Positions 1 to 14,013 of a DNA stretch of 64,000 bases are shown in pieces. How positions within the stretch are numbered: position 1 is the stretch's first letter; each line of letters begins with the position of its first letter. The stretch comes from Sminthopsis crassicaudata (Eukaryota). A program made the translations under genes and the position numbers. The DNA is taken from positions 204,135,198 through 204,199,197 of the forward strand of contig NC_133622.1 of the NCBI RefSeq assembly GCF_048593235.1, given 5' to 3'. The notes beneath the pieces were generated by a model. The model had not been told where the DNA came from. It saw only the letters and a program-made list of their open reading frames with translations, and ran no database searches.

Positions 1-1164
1 TATTTTTAAAACTGGAAATGATATTAGAAATTATCTAATTTTATGGATGAAAAAAAATGGAGAAACAAATAGAAGAGATTAGTCTAAGCATACAGTAGTG
101 GCTAAATGGGGATTGGACTCCAGGTCTTCTGACTCATTCTATGCTTTTCCTGTGACATCAGAGTATTAGCAGTCACTAATGGGTCCTACTGACTGGGAGG
201 CAGTGCTCTTAGCAAAGAACTCCCAATCACAGCTGATCACTGGGGTTCTGTGGATAAATGGTGCTGGTAGAGAACAGGCATATAAAGGAAGAGATGACCC
301 CAGCCAGGGTGGACAGAAGAAATACTCACTAAGGTCTGCAGAGCTGTGAGCATTTGGAAAGCAATAGGATCATACGGCTGGATGCACTTGGAGCAGTCAG
401 AAAGATGGAAGGGAGGGAAGAGAGGAGCTTCCTTTGAGCAAGGCTGATGCGAAGCAATGGGGTGAAGAGTTACACAAGTCCTGGAGTAGAGTCACAGACA
501 GCCCTAGGTAGGCTCACAGATGCTTCTGGGCAGCCTGGTCACAAGGACAGTCTGTCCTTGGACAGATGGAAAGGAGTGGGGGTCAAATTAATCCTTTCAG
601 GTACACTGCATATAAGTCCATGGACTAGCACTGCTTGTTAGGGAGGTCCTTTTAGGGATTAGAGGTCTGAGGCATTGACAGGACTTGACATGAGAGTTAA
701 AGGATGTAGAAATTTAGGTGTGAAAAGGAATAGGACTTTCAGACCCTGCAGAAAAGAAATCCAGATCGGGTCAGCTTCAAGTCCTGTATACATGTCTATA
801 TGTGTGCAGGCACATACAGAAACACACATGCATACACACTCCCATATACACACACACTCCTATATACACCCACATACACCCACACTCCTATAAGTACTTG
901 ATTGAATTATGGTTAAGAGGTTCCTTTCTAACTCTAAAATCTTATTATTCTGAGAATGAAATTACTCAACCAACTCCTGGGAAAAATCTCATTTCCTGCC
1001 CTCTCTTCTTAAAGGAGATCTCTTCTTTGATCCCAGCCTTCTCACAGAATCTCAGAATCTCAAAACTGAAGGGGACCTAAAAAAGTCACCTAGTCTCAGA
1101 GCACTTAAAATCTTCATTTCTCGCACTACATTGTCTTGTTAGGTTTTGTTTGTTTTTAAATAAG

Positions 1165-1400
1165 GAAGCTAGGAAGCACGATAGAGCACTGGAGCTCTTC
1201 CAGACAGAAGCTCAAATGTGTCTTACATTTACTAGCTATGTAACCCTAGATGAGCTAATTAAGCTCTGCTTGCCTCAATCACCTCATCTGTAAAATGGGG
1301 ATGATAGCACTAACCTACTTCCCAGGATTGTCCAGAGGATCAAATGAGATGATATTTGTAAAAAGTGCTTAGCACAGTATTATATAAATATTAGTTGTTG
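1165..1400 (+). mobile_element. MIR-type SINE
   Basis: CORE motif cctcatctgtaaaatggggatgat. Confidence 0.75.
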
Positions 1401-2102
1401 TTGTTGTTGTTGTTGTTATATGTCTTATCTCCTTAACCCTAAATTGTAAACTCTCTAAGGGCTAAGGCTGTATCTTAAATATATCCTTATATTCCTTAAC
1501 AGGGTAAAAATTGTGTCTTAAATACATCTTTGTATTTTTAGCACCTAGGACAGCACCCCCTGCATAGTAAACACTAAATAAACTTTTGTAGATAATAATA
1601 CAGCTTCTTTTATTTATTTAGCAGGAATACATGCTATCTGTCCTAAAGTTTGATACAGTATGGCAGTCCACTCTATTTCCTGATGGAAAGTATCAATATA
1701 GATCAGCATCAATTCTTCACCATTGATGGCAAACCAAGTCAACAAACATTTAAGTAAATGCTACTGATCAAAGACAGCTGTGCTATGCAGGAGATTCAAA
1801 GACCAAAGTCTGGATCAAGAAGCTTACGTCCCACCACCAAAAGCCTATGATAAGTTGAGCTGTGAGTCAGAAAGCTGGATTCTTCATCTGGCTTCTTTAT
1901 ATTTGTTCAGTTTAACTAACCTTTCTGTTTTCATCAAAGGAAAAAAGGGAATTAAACAATAGATATTCTCCAAGTCTCTTTGAGGCCTAAAATGATTGTT
2001 TTTATGAAGAATCAGAAAGGTCAATTTCATGTACAAAGGCATTATATTATTAAATAGATGAAAACTCTTTTTAAATAAAAAGGGCCATTGGCACAATTTT
2101 AT

Positions 2103-2106
2103 ATGT

Positions 2107-2141
<35 letters not shown>
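2103..2141. repeat. (TG)n microsatellite
   Basis: Seen directly. Confidence 0.9.
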
Positions 2142-2144
<3 letters not shown>

Positions 2145-3599
2145 CCCAATCTCATATAAGTATATGTGTATGTATGTATATGTTTCTATGTACCCAATTT
2201 CTAAAAGAAACAAGAACCAAGTAAAATCCAAGAAAAGGGGACTTTTGGGTTTGTTTATTTTGGATTTTTGTTGTTGTTGTCATGGTGGTGATACAGCTTC
2301 ATTCTCTCACTTATGGAATGAAAATATTACATAATTATAGTATTAATTTAGTTTAATTTTAGTCTTACTAGGTACTTCTTATTAGGTAGACAAACCAAAA
2401 AATAAATGAAGCAAGCTCTGGATAGAAGAAATCTGAACATGAGAAACAAACTTGGGAAACAAAATGAATAACAGTTTTTATAAAAATCTTAATGAGTCAT
2501 GGAGAAATTGGAAGTGAATATGGATGCAAATCAGAAAAGCAAGAAGATCTTAAGCTGGAGAGGGGGGAAAGAGTAGAAGACGGAAGGGGAGAGAAGGGAA
2601 GGAGAAGGAGAGAGAGAGAAATGGAGCCTTTAGGTAGTGTCTGGTGAAACCTATGGATCCCTTTTCAGAATAATATTCTTAAAATGAACAAAATAAAATA
2701 CACAGAATTTTTAAAGGAACTAATTAGATTACAATATAATTATCAAAATATAATTAGCTCTTGGTAAGGGACCTCTATGTTAAAGTTCAAATATATATTT
2801 ATTTTTCTTATGACAAACTAATTTATGATTATACATAGAATTTTAATTTTTGTTCTATGTGATCTTTTTTTTTTTACTGATACTTTATTATAAAACATTT
2901 ACAATAAATAAAAATAATAACAAAAAAGATCCTAAAAAGTGGGACACCCAAATTCACTGAAGTGGAACAAAGGCTATAGAAGACTGCTGTTTGTCCACAG
3001 GTACAGTTAGAGTAATGACTGTGGCCTGTGGATACAAGAGAGCCCCAAGATCCTTTTAGGATATCTGTGAAGTCAAAACTTTTCATAATAATATTAAGAT
3101 GTTATCTGAATGCTAAAATATTCTCTCCTTTCCAACTATACATATGTATAAGGCTTGATTTTGTTCATATACTTCAATCAAAATAATATATTTATGGAAG
3201 AAACAGAGATAAGAATCCTCTGTTAAGCCAGACTTTAAAGAGATTTGCAAAATTATATAAGTTAATACCACTACTTCATTAAGTTTTTAAGAAGAAAGTT
3301 ATATAAATATTTAAAATTTAAAAATAAATTAATACATATTTTAGATGCATCAGATTTCTAATATAGTAAATATTGATAGATCTAACCCCATATAAACAAA
3401 AATTCTTTGCCTTAGAGAGATCACTGTGAGTGAAGGACATGGAATAGCCTCAAGCAGGACATCTTGGCAGAAGCAATATGGTTCAAGACTTGACATCTAA
3501 AACAACCTATTCTGGCAATTCCAATTACTGTTATGGACATGTTAAAAAATACATCCCAATAAAGACTCACTTACTTTAAATTACTTTGTTCTTTCTTAG

Positions 3600-3991
3600 T
3601 CTTCACTATTCTTTTTTCCTCTTTCTTTCTCCCTTCCTCCCTCCTTCCCTCCTTCCTTTCTCTTTCCTTCCATCCTTCCTCCCTCCCTCCCTTTCTCTCT
3701 CCCTTCCTCCCTGCCTCCCTTCTTCCTTCTCTTCCTTTCCTCCATCCCTCCTTNNNNNNNNNNNNNNNNNNNNNNNNNNNNNNNNNNNNNNNNNNNNNNN
3801 NNNNNNNNNNNNNNNNNNNNNNNNNNNNNNNNNNNNNNNNNNNNNNNNNNNNNNNNNNNNNNNNNNNNNNNNNNNNNNNNNNNNNNNNNNNNNNNNNNNN
3901 NNNNNNNNNNNNNNNNNNNNNNNNNNNNNNNNNNNNNNNNNNNNNNNNNNNNNNNNNNNNNNNNNNNNNNNNNNNNNNNNNNNNNNNNNNN
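3600..3991. repeat. (CCTT)n-like pyrimidine tract ending in an N-gap (3754-3991)
   Basis: Seen directly. Confidence 0.9.
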
Positions 3992-4559
3992 NTCTTTCAG
4001 AGAAGAATGGACTATCTTATTCATTACCACAACTGGCTTCTGGCAAAAACTGTTTAACTTCTGCATTTTCCAAGTCTTAATGTTAGCCTGAGGGATTGTA
4101 GTCTACATCATTTTCCAGATCCATTGTGACAGATGATGTAAGGTAAAATTCATCTCTTTATATTGGAGTACATTTACAAGGTCATTTCCAAGGTATGTGG
4201 GAAGCACTAGTAAAGAGACAGCACTGCCCTGTTTCCAAGCTCCCCCTGCCTGAATTTATACAGATTCCAAATCCACTTATATTCTTCTTCCTAGCTATGA
4301 CCCAAGCAAATAAAATCAAATGTATAATTGAGCTCATTGGGACTATTGGAGGAATGAGAAAAGGGAATCCCTGCCATAAAGGAGCAAAGGTGAGATGTGA
4401 ACTGGTCTTGCCTTCCTTTTCCCCTGCTGAGTACAACATCTGGTTGCTGCTGTTTGATATTACATTGCTTTTTATGGATGCTCCCTACCTTTCCTCTTGC
4501 TTTCTGAGACCTCAAAGAAGTGGAGTTAAGTTGGGGGGGGGAGATGAGAAAGAGGGGGT

Positions 4560-4608
4560 AGAAGGGAGGGAGGGAGAGAGTAAGAAAGAGAGAGGGAGGA
4601 AGAGAGAA

Positions 4609-4639
<31 letters not shown>

Positions 4640-4682
4640 AAGACAGAGAGAGACACACAGAGACAGAGACAGAGAGAGAAGA
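4560..4682. repeat. (GA)n/(GACA)n purine tract
   Basis: Seen directly. Confidence 0.85.
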
Positions 4683-6550
4683 ACCTTTAATGACAGCAGC
4701 CAGCCAAGCAGAGAGAAAGCAGAAGTACTTTTCTCCATATAGGGCACGTATCTTGGAAGAGAAATGAAAGAATTGATAATCCATGAAAAGAAAGTTGCCC
4801 TTACAACCAAAGCTCTGTGTGGGGAGAAAAGAAAGGGCCTTCTCCTTGAGGTCTCCAAAGTTTATGTTATTTAAGCTGAAGTCTGATTGGAACAAAAACA
4901 AACAAAATAACTTTGATGTTTAAGAAAAGAAGAGGATTTTCTTGTCTCTTCTCAGAATGAATTTGAGCTGGTTTTCGAGCTATCATTTTAAGATCCCAAT
5001 ATTTAGCTCAAAAAGCTCTGACGCTCACCACTAACTTTACACGTAAGGAAACTGAGGACAAAAGTGGTTTGCTGAGTCTAGATACGCTCCCAGAGTCACA
5101 TGTCTCTGAATCCAGCATTCTTGAATTATTATGGCCCAGCTGCCTCCTAACTGTGAAGATCATGAAAAACATGAGCCAATTTGGGCTGAGGACAGGGAGT
5201 TCCCTCCCTCCCCCATCTGCAGCAGCTGAAAGGATCCGACAGAATCCCAAATACTCTCTTCTGACCTGGCAGGCTGACAACTTCAGCCCATCACAGTGGG
5301 TTTAGCATGAGTTTAACTATCTTCTGTTGCCAGAACAGGGAATTTTCTCAAGATGGGCACCATGAACATTAAGAATATCTGATTTTCTGGAGCTGGGATT
5401 GTTTAAGGAGTCCCCTCTGATCCTGGGAAAAAAGAGCAAATGCCCAGGGCAGATGCCTTCTGTATGTTACCTAATTGAAAAATGAGCTCCATGTAAATCT
5501 CTCTGTCACAAGGGCCTTGGGAGGGGCAAGCCACTGGTGGTGCTGGCATCTGGAAAGAGCTAGGGTGTTAACAATGAGACTTGAATCTCTAATCACCTGT
5601 TCAATGCTTGTACCTAGAGGCTTAGAGGATGAGTCAATTTCAATAAATCAGGTCTGATAAAAGTCTCAAAATTAAACATTCAGAAAATCCAAAGCCTAGG
5701 AAAAGGAAGAAGATTAACAGAGATAACTAAATGATATTTAGTGAGTCAGACATAGAATCAAGCATATCTGATTTCAAATCCTCACTCACATCTGACTGTG
5801 ATCCTGGGCAGATTGCTTAATTTCTCTATTCCTCAGTTTCTCCATCTATAAAATAAGAGGATTGAACTCCATGGTCTCCGGTGTCCTTTCTAAAATCTAA
5901 GATGAACACATCGCTCTCTTAATAGTATGCCTGCTATCAGCACTTAATAAATTCTGGTTAAATGAATGAATGATGAAATCTTCAGCCTCAAAGAGATTCA
6001 GGAAAAGGGATCAGAGTTAATGATAACAACAAGAAAAAGAAAAAAACCAAAACAAACAAAAACCTTACAAGGGTAGCAGCCCCTAAGTTTAGAAAACCTG
6101 GTCCAAGGTCAGTGTAAGCTAAGAGTGGGTTTTCGTCCTGGAAGTCAAGGCTCCATCTTCAGAGGCTCTGGAATGTTTCTGGTCCAAGACTATTTCCAGT
6201 TCATTCACATCTTCGTGACAGGCAGCATCTTTGGAAGCTATTTAGTCTATCTCCTTTCATATAACTTAGATTTCCATATTCTATTCTTTCATCAGGGGTA
6301 GATGGGTCACAAGAGCCAAGGTCACAGGGTCAATCCTTGAAAATCATGGCCTGGATCTGGTTAAAGAACCCTCTCTCCTCTGGCAAAAGAGATCCCCTAG
6401 AATGGTACTTTGGCTCCATTTATTGATGACAGCTGCTTTCCCTTCCTTACTTTTACTAGGGAGACCAAATTGAACCCTGAAGTCAAATCTGAAGCAGCGA
6501 TCCCTAGCTCCCCTTTACTCCTCATTATAATGGATTTAAAGAATACTAAA

Positions 6551-6703
6551 GGAGGCAGCCAGATGGAGCAGTGGGTAGAGCACCAGCCCTCTAGTGAGGA
6601 GGACCTGAATTCAAATCTAGTCCCAGACACTTAACACATACTAGATGTGTGATACTGGGCAAGTCACTTAACCCAATTGCCTCACAAAAATAAAAAAAAT
6701 AAA
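6551..6703 (+). mobile_element. WSINE1-type SINE
   Basis: ggcagc..gcagtgggtagag..ggacctgaattcaaat..gggcaagtcacttaacccaattgcc plus A tail. Confidence 0.85.
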
Positions 6704-7479
6704 GCAGATGGAAAGGTCATGGGCTCTCTTCAGTCACAGGTGGATATGACCAATGTAAAACGAGGAACAAGGGCTGTTGGGAAAAAAACACCATCCCTAA
6801 GAGTTCTTGTTTAAAACATATAATGTAGGAGAAGGGATAATTAGAAGCCATTTGGAGGTGTGTGTTCCCTTAAGTCTTTGTTTTTCCCATCTTCCTCCCT
6901 TCCCACCAGAGCAGCTCACACCTATGAAAAAAAGTCCCTATGACCTGAGTCATCAGGCCAGCCTAGTCTTAGCCCAGCTGGGCCAGCAGATGAGAGCGCC
7001 AAGCTTTCCTCCATTGTTATGTTAATCTGCCGGATTCTGATTAGAAATTATTAAAAGAATAAAGTGGGAGGGGGGAAAAGGGCATATGGCCGCAGGAGCG
7101 GGGTGGTGGTGAAGAGGGAAGGGAGGTGAGGAGGCTCTGGGAGGTCAGATTTGTTTTTCTCTGAGGAAAAAAAAAATAGAGATTCAAAGAGAGGAGGTTT
7201 CAGAGGAAAGCGAAGAGAGAAAGAATTGGAAAAGCAGCGGCACATCAAGGATCCTGGGGGAGGGGGCAGAGGGACAGGAGCAGGAGGACCAGGCAGAAGC
7301 CACTGGTGACAAGGTGACATCGGCAGACAGTGCTAAAAAGAGGGAAAGACAGAGGAAGCAAACAGTGGCAGAGGTGGCAACAGCCCTGGCAGCCTGAGAG
7401 GGAGTGAAAAGACAGACAAGAGTGAGGGAGAAGAGTGAAGGACGTGATGACAAAAAAGGATCTGTGGGCACAGAAACAG

Positions 7480-8060
7480 GGCGACAGTGACACGCAGAGA
7501 CCCCGACGGGTCCCGGCTGGCAAGGATGCTCTCCGGCGTTACTGGGGACAGTGACAAGTGATGAACGAGTCAATGTGGGTCAGGGAGCTCCCCCTGAGGG
7601 CCAAGGTGACAGAGACCGGCAAGAGCCGCCACGAGAGATGTGACAGAGAGAATGTGCTCTGGGACAGCAGGGACGGGGCAGGGACAGCCGGTGTGGCCGG
7701 CGGGGCGGCCCCGGGTCCGAGCGTGGCCCCGGGGCTGGGCACTCACCGTGTCCTTGGAGGAGCCGAGCTTCTTGAGGCCGTCCAGGGGCAGCAGGTCGGC
7801 CGAATCCTTGTGGATGAACTGCACAGCCTGCTTCATCCGGCGCTGCTGCCGCAGGGACGCCGCCTCCCGCATGTCGGCCTCCTTGCGGCCCCCCTCGGTC
7901 AGAAGCCCTGAGTAAAACATCCCGCTCAGCCCCGGCTCGGCCCCGGCCCGGCCCACCTCGGGATGCCTGCGCTCCGATCCGGCCTCGGCGCCCGCCTCTC
8001 GCGGGCTCCGGCTCCGGCTCCGCGCTTTATAGCCGCGGCTGCGTGACGTAAGTGGGGAGG
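7480..8060 (-). promoter_or_regulatory. NRIP3: NRIP3 CpG island promoter with TATA box and CRE/ATF-like site
   Basis: CpG-dense. TATAAA on the minus strand at 8026-8031, TGACGTAA at 8044-8051, ATG at 7920. Confidence 0.75.
7747..7920 (-). CDS. NRIP3: NRIP3 coding exon 1 (58 codons, phase-0 donor); downstream exons not found in the window
   Basis: Translates MFYSGLLTEGGRKEADMREAASLRQQRRMKQAVQFIHKDSADLLPLDGLKKLGSSKDT, matching the mammalian NRIP3 N-terminus as recalled. Followed by donor ACG|GTGAGT and lies in a CpG island. Confidence 0.95.
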
Positions 8061-11000
8061 GGGGGCAGCTCGACTTGGTCCTTAAGCCACCTCCCTCTCA
8101 CACTCCTTTGGGGGGCTGGCAATGAAGGGACAGAAAGAGAGAGGGGGAAAGGAAGACAGAGGAGGGGCCAGGGCAAGGGAAGGAAGAGTGAAGGAGAGGA
8201 GGGGAGAGGGAGGGGTAGGAAAGCAGAGAAAATGGAAAGGGAGGGAAGAGGGAGAGATGGAGAGGGAAGGAACACAGGAGGGGAGGGGAAGGCGGGCGGG
8301 GGAGACGGCTGCAAAGGAAGGGAGGAGGCAGGGAGCAGAGGGGAGAAGATGATGGAAAGGAGATCGGGAGAGTTGGTGGGTGGAGGGAGAAGGTCCCAGC
8401 CCCTCCCCCCTCCGGCCTTTGGGGTTCTGCCTCAGGATCCTGGAGAGTACCTGGATCTGCAACCGAAGACAGTGAGTGTGGGGGAGCCTCCAATCAGACG
8501 GAGAATGAGGGTGTTTTGTCCCCTCCCTCCCAGACACGAGCCCCATCTTACCTTTCCATGCAGTCGCAGACCCCGGGATCACAGCCACTCTGTCTGCTCC
8601 TTGGAACTCAGAACCCACACAGCCTCCAGCCTCCACACACATCCATGGCATGGCACCACGGCCCCCGCCCCCTCCCAGAGCCCTCCCAGTTCGGGATGCT
8701 GACACCCACTGAAGTTTGGAGACAAAATTTTCTCCAATTTGAGGTCTGTCCCCACCCACTCCACCATGTGACTGAATGAGGATGGGAGAAGGGGGGGGGG
8801 GGGGAGAAAAATGTCCCGAAGGGTCGTTCTGCTGAGCGGCCTCCTTGGTTCCCCAAACCTTGAGGCCAGTGCAGTCCGTGTAGCAGTCAGGCACACAATG
8901 GGATCCTACTTAGTTTCTCTGGAGACTTGGAGCGGGTGTCCCGGGCTCTGAGGAGGAAGAGAGGCAGGCAGAGACAAAAGCCCGGTACAGTGGGGGGGGG
9001 GGGGGGGGGAAGGGGGGAGGAGTCCGCAAAGCCAGACACTGCTAGCCATAGAAGAGATTCACAGGTATTGGCTCATTCATCAGAAAGGGATCCTCAAGGT
9101 AACAAGTGGGAAGCAAGGGAGCTGTCCCGCCTCGTTGCCTCCCTAGATCTAGAGATCTAGACCTAGATCTAGACACCCAGAGATCCGGAGATCTGCAAGA
9201 ATTAACCTTATCATCAAAGGCAAAATCAACCTCCCCTGAAATAAGACTGGCTAGTATTTCTATAGCATTGCATGACACTTTAAGGTTCACTTTGCATTTG
9301 TTAGGGCATTTGGCATATATCACCAGGGCAGAATATGTGGCATGTGCCAGACACGAGGGATGTATGAAATATGTGGGAACTTATACATGCAGGAAGAAGT
9401 CAGAGACACACACACACACTCACACTCACATTCACACTCAAAGATCACAAGATATACTCTTCCAAATCTCCAGGGAAAGAAAATCTCAATTCCCTCTCTG
9501 ATCACTCCTACCCAAGATCACTTCCTCCACTTTAGGCCTTATTTCCTCACCTCAACAGTGTGGAAAGTATTACAGCTCTACAGCCTTACACACCTTTCCA
9601 AACATTATCACCTATAGTTTCCCTAGGGCACCCATAACACTGTACCTGAACTACTTTGTCCTGTCTCCTTTGCCCCTCTTCCAACAAGTTCTGTCTTCTC
9701 TTGTTCCAAACTTTTGTTCCCATCTTGTTTCTTAGAATATCCTTAGGTACACTCTTTCTAACCACATTGTAATGCTCAACTCAGGCGTTACTTCTTGATT
9801 GGAGGCTTTCTCCCTCTCTCTTTTTTTAACTATTTATTTATTATTGGATGTTATCTTGATATCTAGAAGCATTATACTTTGTGTTTTTTGTGTTTTTTTT
9901 GACTTTCTAATGCACTTGCTATATTGGTATGTGTTCTGGCTATGTATTTCTAATGTACTTGTCATGTATTACTATATATTCTAGCTATCCTTTTCTGCTG
10001 TGTATTAGTGTATTTATGTTTTATTCAGGGTTGTGTACACAACAGACAAGTAAGATATATTTGATTCTCATGTTCAGAGGTACTCCTAGCTCCTAATATC
10101 CAGAACAAACCCAAATGTGAGGAACAGCTTCAGAGTCTCATTGTTATTCATCAAAAGCTCACTCACCTGGCTCTTGAGAAAGCTCCTGGACTGAATTTAG
10201 AATTTCAGCAAGTCCGGGAGATGATGTTTTCTTCAATTTTGAACATGAAAAAAGTGATCCCAGAAAATCCTAAACACAAGAGGCCATAGGTCAGGTGAGA
10301 GAGAAGCCAAATTGTTCACCCCCCCCTTGGGGTCCTCTTGGCAATTATCTTGGCCCTGTGAACAATGGTGGCTCCCAGAAACCGGGCTATCAGAAACCAT
10401 CCCTTCCGACTGGTCACCTGGACCTCTGCCTGGTAGCTCCCTCCTACTCCATCACCAAGGGAACCAGGTAAGAGACAGCCCTTTCTTTGTCACATATAGG
10501 ACCTGTTCTTTTGTATTCAGCAAACCCGCTGGGCCAGCCCAACAGTGAGGGCTCTGTGATTTAACTTTTGGGGGGCACCCTTCCCCCATGTCCCAATTGA
10601 AGCAATAGTCTTGAGCAGCGAGGTAAAATATAAATATCTCCCAAATCAACTCCCTTTCATAGATTTAATTAATGCAAATACTACTGATAAATATCCTTGA
10701 AGAATAAAGGCACCTCTTTAACGACTCAGAACCCTTAAAATTACAACAAGTTTTACTCTGGCAAGACTGAATTTGGTTAAATTGAAAGCTGCTTAAAATG
10801 AGTGGCTTCTCAGTTAGAATTTGGAAATCTTTTATTTTAGACTTTGCTGAAATGTTTTGTAATCTGATCGATAGGAAGGAATGGTACCATAGAAAGAGTA
10901 TGACCTCTGGAGTAACTCTAAACAAATTCCTTAGTTTCTTCTTCTGTAAAAATGGGTGGGCCAGTCTGGATGGCTTCCGGAGTCTCTCAAAAGCAAATTG

Positions 11001-11104
11001 GACCTTCTGCCCTGATATTTTTGATTTGCAAATTGTAAATCTTACACATTTATGACAGTAAGGGAATAAATTTGGTTTATAGGTTCTCAGTATTAACAGT
11101 CAAC

Positions 11105-11345
11105 ACGGCAGCTAGTAGTGTAGTACATAGAATGTTGGACTGGGAATCAGGAAGAAGTTCAAATGCAGACTTAGATATTTACTAGCTGTGATTCTAAGCA
11201 AGTCACTTAACTTCTAAGTTAATTTTCTCAACTGTAAAATAGGTTGTAATAATAGCATCTTCTTGGTTTGTGTGTGGGGATCAAATGAGATAATATATGT
11301 TAAGTACTTAGCACAGTGCCTTACACATAGTCTGCATTTATTAAA
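11105..11345 (+). mobile_element. MIR-type SINE
   Basis: aagtcacttaac..ctgtaaaat..atcaaatgagataat. Confidence 0.7.
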
Positions 11346-11596
11346 TATTTCCTTTCCCCTTTCATTCCCCTTCCTAAGAAAGGAAGGGAAGAATTAACCA
11401 TTAGATGACCTGAAACAAGTGTCCAGAAATAGTAGCTGGCATTTTACATTGTGTCAGTGATTTTAGCTCCTTTAATTACTTCCCAAATCCAGAATGGATA
11501 GATTAATTTTTTGGAGGAAATACTCTAACACAATTAGCCATTGCATTATTCATTTCCATTACTCCATATTGTTCCACAACCTTACTTAGGATAGGG

Positions 11597-11830
11597 AGCA
11601 GCTGAGTGGTATAGTGGATAGAACACTGGGCTTGGAATCAGGAATCATCTTCATGAATTCAAATCTAGTTTCAATTATAATTGTGTGATCCTGAACAAGT
11701 CACGTAACCCTGTTTGCATCAGTTCCTCATCTTTTAAATGATCTAGAAAAGGAAATGGCAAACTACTCCAATATTTTTGCTAAGAAAACTCCAAAAAGAG
11801 TCACAAAGGATCAACATGACTAAAACTATT
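11597..11830 (+). mobile_element. MAR1-like CORE SINE
   Basis: tRNA head, CORE and RTE-like tail gaaaaggaaatggcaaactactcc. Confidence 0.75.
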
Positions 11831-12779
11831 GGTCAATAACAGCTATAAATCTTAAAGTCAAGATGGAGAATGAAAAGTTGCAGTTGAACCTAGCTCCTGA
11901 AGAACCTCCCCTTTTAAAAGCTAGAGGAAGCAAAAATCCATGAAACGAAACCAAAGTAAACCCTCCCATCTAGTCCATGACTATACAAGGAAAATGTCTG
12001 AAGCTGATGGAAACTCTGGTGAGGGGAATCAAAAACATTTCAAGCCACCATGATTTCTGTTTTTTTTAAAAAAAAGACCTGAATTCAGGAAGACCCCAGC
12101 CCTGGATTGTCAGAGAAGTAGCAGAGGACTGGGCCAACTGATGGTAAGTCCTTGCATAAGAAGACTGAAATTGGCAGAGGCAACTGAAAAATATGTTTTG
12201 GGGTATCCCAGGAGCCTTCAAATTAACTGTGAGTCTGATATCCTTCCTAGACAAAGAGGAGGGCAATAGGCAATTCCTAATAGGTGACTACCCAAGGAGA
12301 CTGGGATGAGAGGTGTCTGGGTTTCCAATATCATAGATCCCACTAGAATGCAGATTAATGATACCACTTTCCACACTAGGAATTCTAAGAGAGAACAATT
12401 AAATAGAGGACCCAGAGACCCTCTAAAAGGCTTCAAACAAGGTGACTTCTAATATCTCATCAGGGTCTCTCCAGGACCAAGGCAGAGTGAAAGCTAACTC
12501 GAAAAAGGTAATTGAAAGACAGAGACAAGACAGAGATGGACTTTGCTTAAGTCACCAGAGGAAATGGAACCAGAAACTAGGTGTTCTATCCAAAATTGAA
12601 GCAAGGCACTGGCAATGGAATCCAGAATGCAAAGGCACAGTATCTCAACCAATCCACCTCATCTTAAAAAGCAAAAGGTGGCAGAAGTGGTTCTTGGCAC
12701 AAAGTCCCAATTTAGGAATTGTCTATAGGCAAGAGGAAACAAGAAAAAAAAACCTTCTAATACAATAAATACTCTTAGT

Positions 12780-13950
12780 TAAGGAAAACCCAATTGATGC
12801 TGAGTGAAACAAGCAGAACTAATAATACATTGTACACAGTAACAGAAAGATTAGGTGATGATTAACTATGAAAGAATTATTTCTTCTCAGTGGTTCAGTG
12901 AATTAAGGCAGTCCCAATAAACTTTGAATAGAAAACATCATTTGCATCCAGAAAAAGAACCATAGAGACTGAATGTAAATCAGCACATGCTATGTTCACT
13001 TCCTTTTTCTGTTGCTTTTTTTCTCTCCCATGGTTTTTCTCTTTTGTTCTGATTTTCTTTCCCAACATGATTCACAAAGAAATGTGCATTTAAAAAGTTA
13101 ATATACGTGTATAAGCAGAAGAAAATAGAACAATTAATAAACAACAAAAAAAGAAAAACCCAAGATGTTAACCCAGAACACTGAAGCAAGTTCCCAGGAA
13201 GAACAGGGAGTTAGAAAAAAAAAGAATGTTTTGGTTGCAAGTAGTCCAAGAATAATAGAAGAGATAAAACTAAAATTGGATCTCCTAAGGAACACATTGG
13301 AAAGACAAAAATGAACTTATAAGAGAAAACAAACAAAACACATGTAGTAGACTCTCTGAGAGAAAAGAATTGAATAAACAGAACACAGTGATTCAATAAA
13401 ACAACCAAGAATATTACAACAAAGCTAAAAGAAGGGAAAATTAAGATGTATTGCCTAATATCAAAAACAAGCGAACTAAAAACAGGTTAATTAACACATC
13501 ATCACACAACCTAAAAACTATGATCAAACAAAAATTCAAGATATATTTCAAAATATCATAAAGTAAAACTAATCAGATGTATNNNNNNNNNNNNNNNNNN
13601 NNNNNNNNNNNNNNNNNNNNNNNNNNNNNNNNNNNNNNNNNNNNNNNNNNNNNNNNNNNNNNNNNNNNNNNNNNNNNNNNNNNNNNNNNNNNNNNNNNNN
13701 NNNNNNNNNNNNNNNNNNNNNNNNNCCTAAAACAAGCATCTGAGAGATTCTAGTCAAAGAAAAAATCCTGCAAGCAAACAAACAATGAAATAGCTCAAAT
13801 CCCAAGATACTTCACTCAGGATGATCACTCAGATGGGAGACTTCACATAAGACTAATTGGCAACTACAGAAAAAAAAAATATTATGAAATACAATATAGA
13901 CAATTCTCACTTTACATAAATTTACTATTATGCAAATTTACTAGAGGTGT
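12780..13950 (+). mobile_element. Old L1 fragments (3'UTR and ORF1-like), spanning an N-gap
   Basis: gatgctgagtgaaacaagcagaac ORF2-end motif, 3'UTR, and gaaaaaatcctgcaagca ORF1 motif. Confidence 0.6.
13583..13725. other. Assembly gap (N)
   Basis: Run of 143 N. Confidence 0.99.
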
Positions 13951-14013
13951 TAGAAGGGCAAATATTGGATACCACAAACTGAGCATAAGGCTGTAGTGAA
14001 AGTAGCTAGCCAG

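Noticed and set aside
3586-4080. ORFs spanning the N-gaps (also 13569-13805)
   Set aside because: Artefacts of X translation and simple repeats.
1-7700. NRIP3 exon 2 and later exons
   Set aside because: No QPHNILQRR or MILVSCQ-like coding sequence seen; treated as intron 1.
8052-8894. 216-aa and 270-aa ORFs upstream of NRIP3
   Set aside because: Low-complexity purine/pyrimidine tracts with no recognisable domain.
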